Positions 24,677 to 24,743 of a stretch of DNA of 24,743 nt are shown here, piece by piece. The notes beneath the pieces were generated by a model, which was not told where the DNA came from, made no database searches, and saw only the letters and a list, made by a program, of their open reading frames with translations. The DNA comes from a virus (lineage: Duplodnaviria > Caudoviricetes): positions 1 to 24,743 of the IMG/VR virus record IMGVR_UViG_3300017988_000211; one strand, 5' to 3'. The translations under genes and the position numbers were made by a program. Position 1 is the stretch's first letter. Every line of letters begins with the position of its first letter.

Positions 24677-24743
24677 TGGTGGAAGGTGCTGGAATCGAAC
24701 CAGCGCAGCCTGTGAAGGCTGTACGGTTTAGCAAACCGCTGCA
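24677..24743 (-). tRNA. tRNA-Ser(GCT), 5' end outside the window
   Basis: Anticodon arm GCGGT-TTGCTAA-ACCGT, long variable arm CAGCC/GGCTG, T arm GCTGG-TTCGATT-CCAGC, 3' end ACCA. Confidence 0.85.

Noticed and set aside
24587-24743. tRNAs as the prophage attachment site
   Set aside because: There is no adjacent integrase and no duplicated tRNA 3' end in the window. It cannot be fully excluded without flanking sequence.

Overview
The window is a contiguous, almost entirely minus-strand piece of a GC-rich tailed phage or prophage with podovirus-type (P22/T7-like) gene order. Read right to left, it contains two tRNA-Ser genes, an XRE HTH regulator, small hypotheticals, a probable small terminase and four zinc-ribbon ORFs. 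These are followed by large terminase, a GroES co-chaperonin, portal, scaffold, an N4-gp56-like major capsid protein and three small ORFs. Next comes an inserted three-gene cassette of signal-peptide-bearing proteins, two of them Pro/Thr-rich, including a Gly-rich/GH27-like/beta-sandwich mosaic whose catalytic acid/base appears lost. The tail and ejection module follows: adaptor, nozzle, needle-like protein, gp14/GNAT-like protein and four ejection-like proteins. At the left end are a convergent small membrane ORF and the start of a fourth signal-peptide gene. The most unusual signals are (i) the secreted cassette inside the virion module, (ii) a perfect chromosomal-type parS palindrome inside an ejection-protein gene, and (iii) GroES placed between terminase and portal. 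No integrase, replication or lysis genes are visible. All family calls come from motif recognition and synteny, not from database searches.
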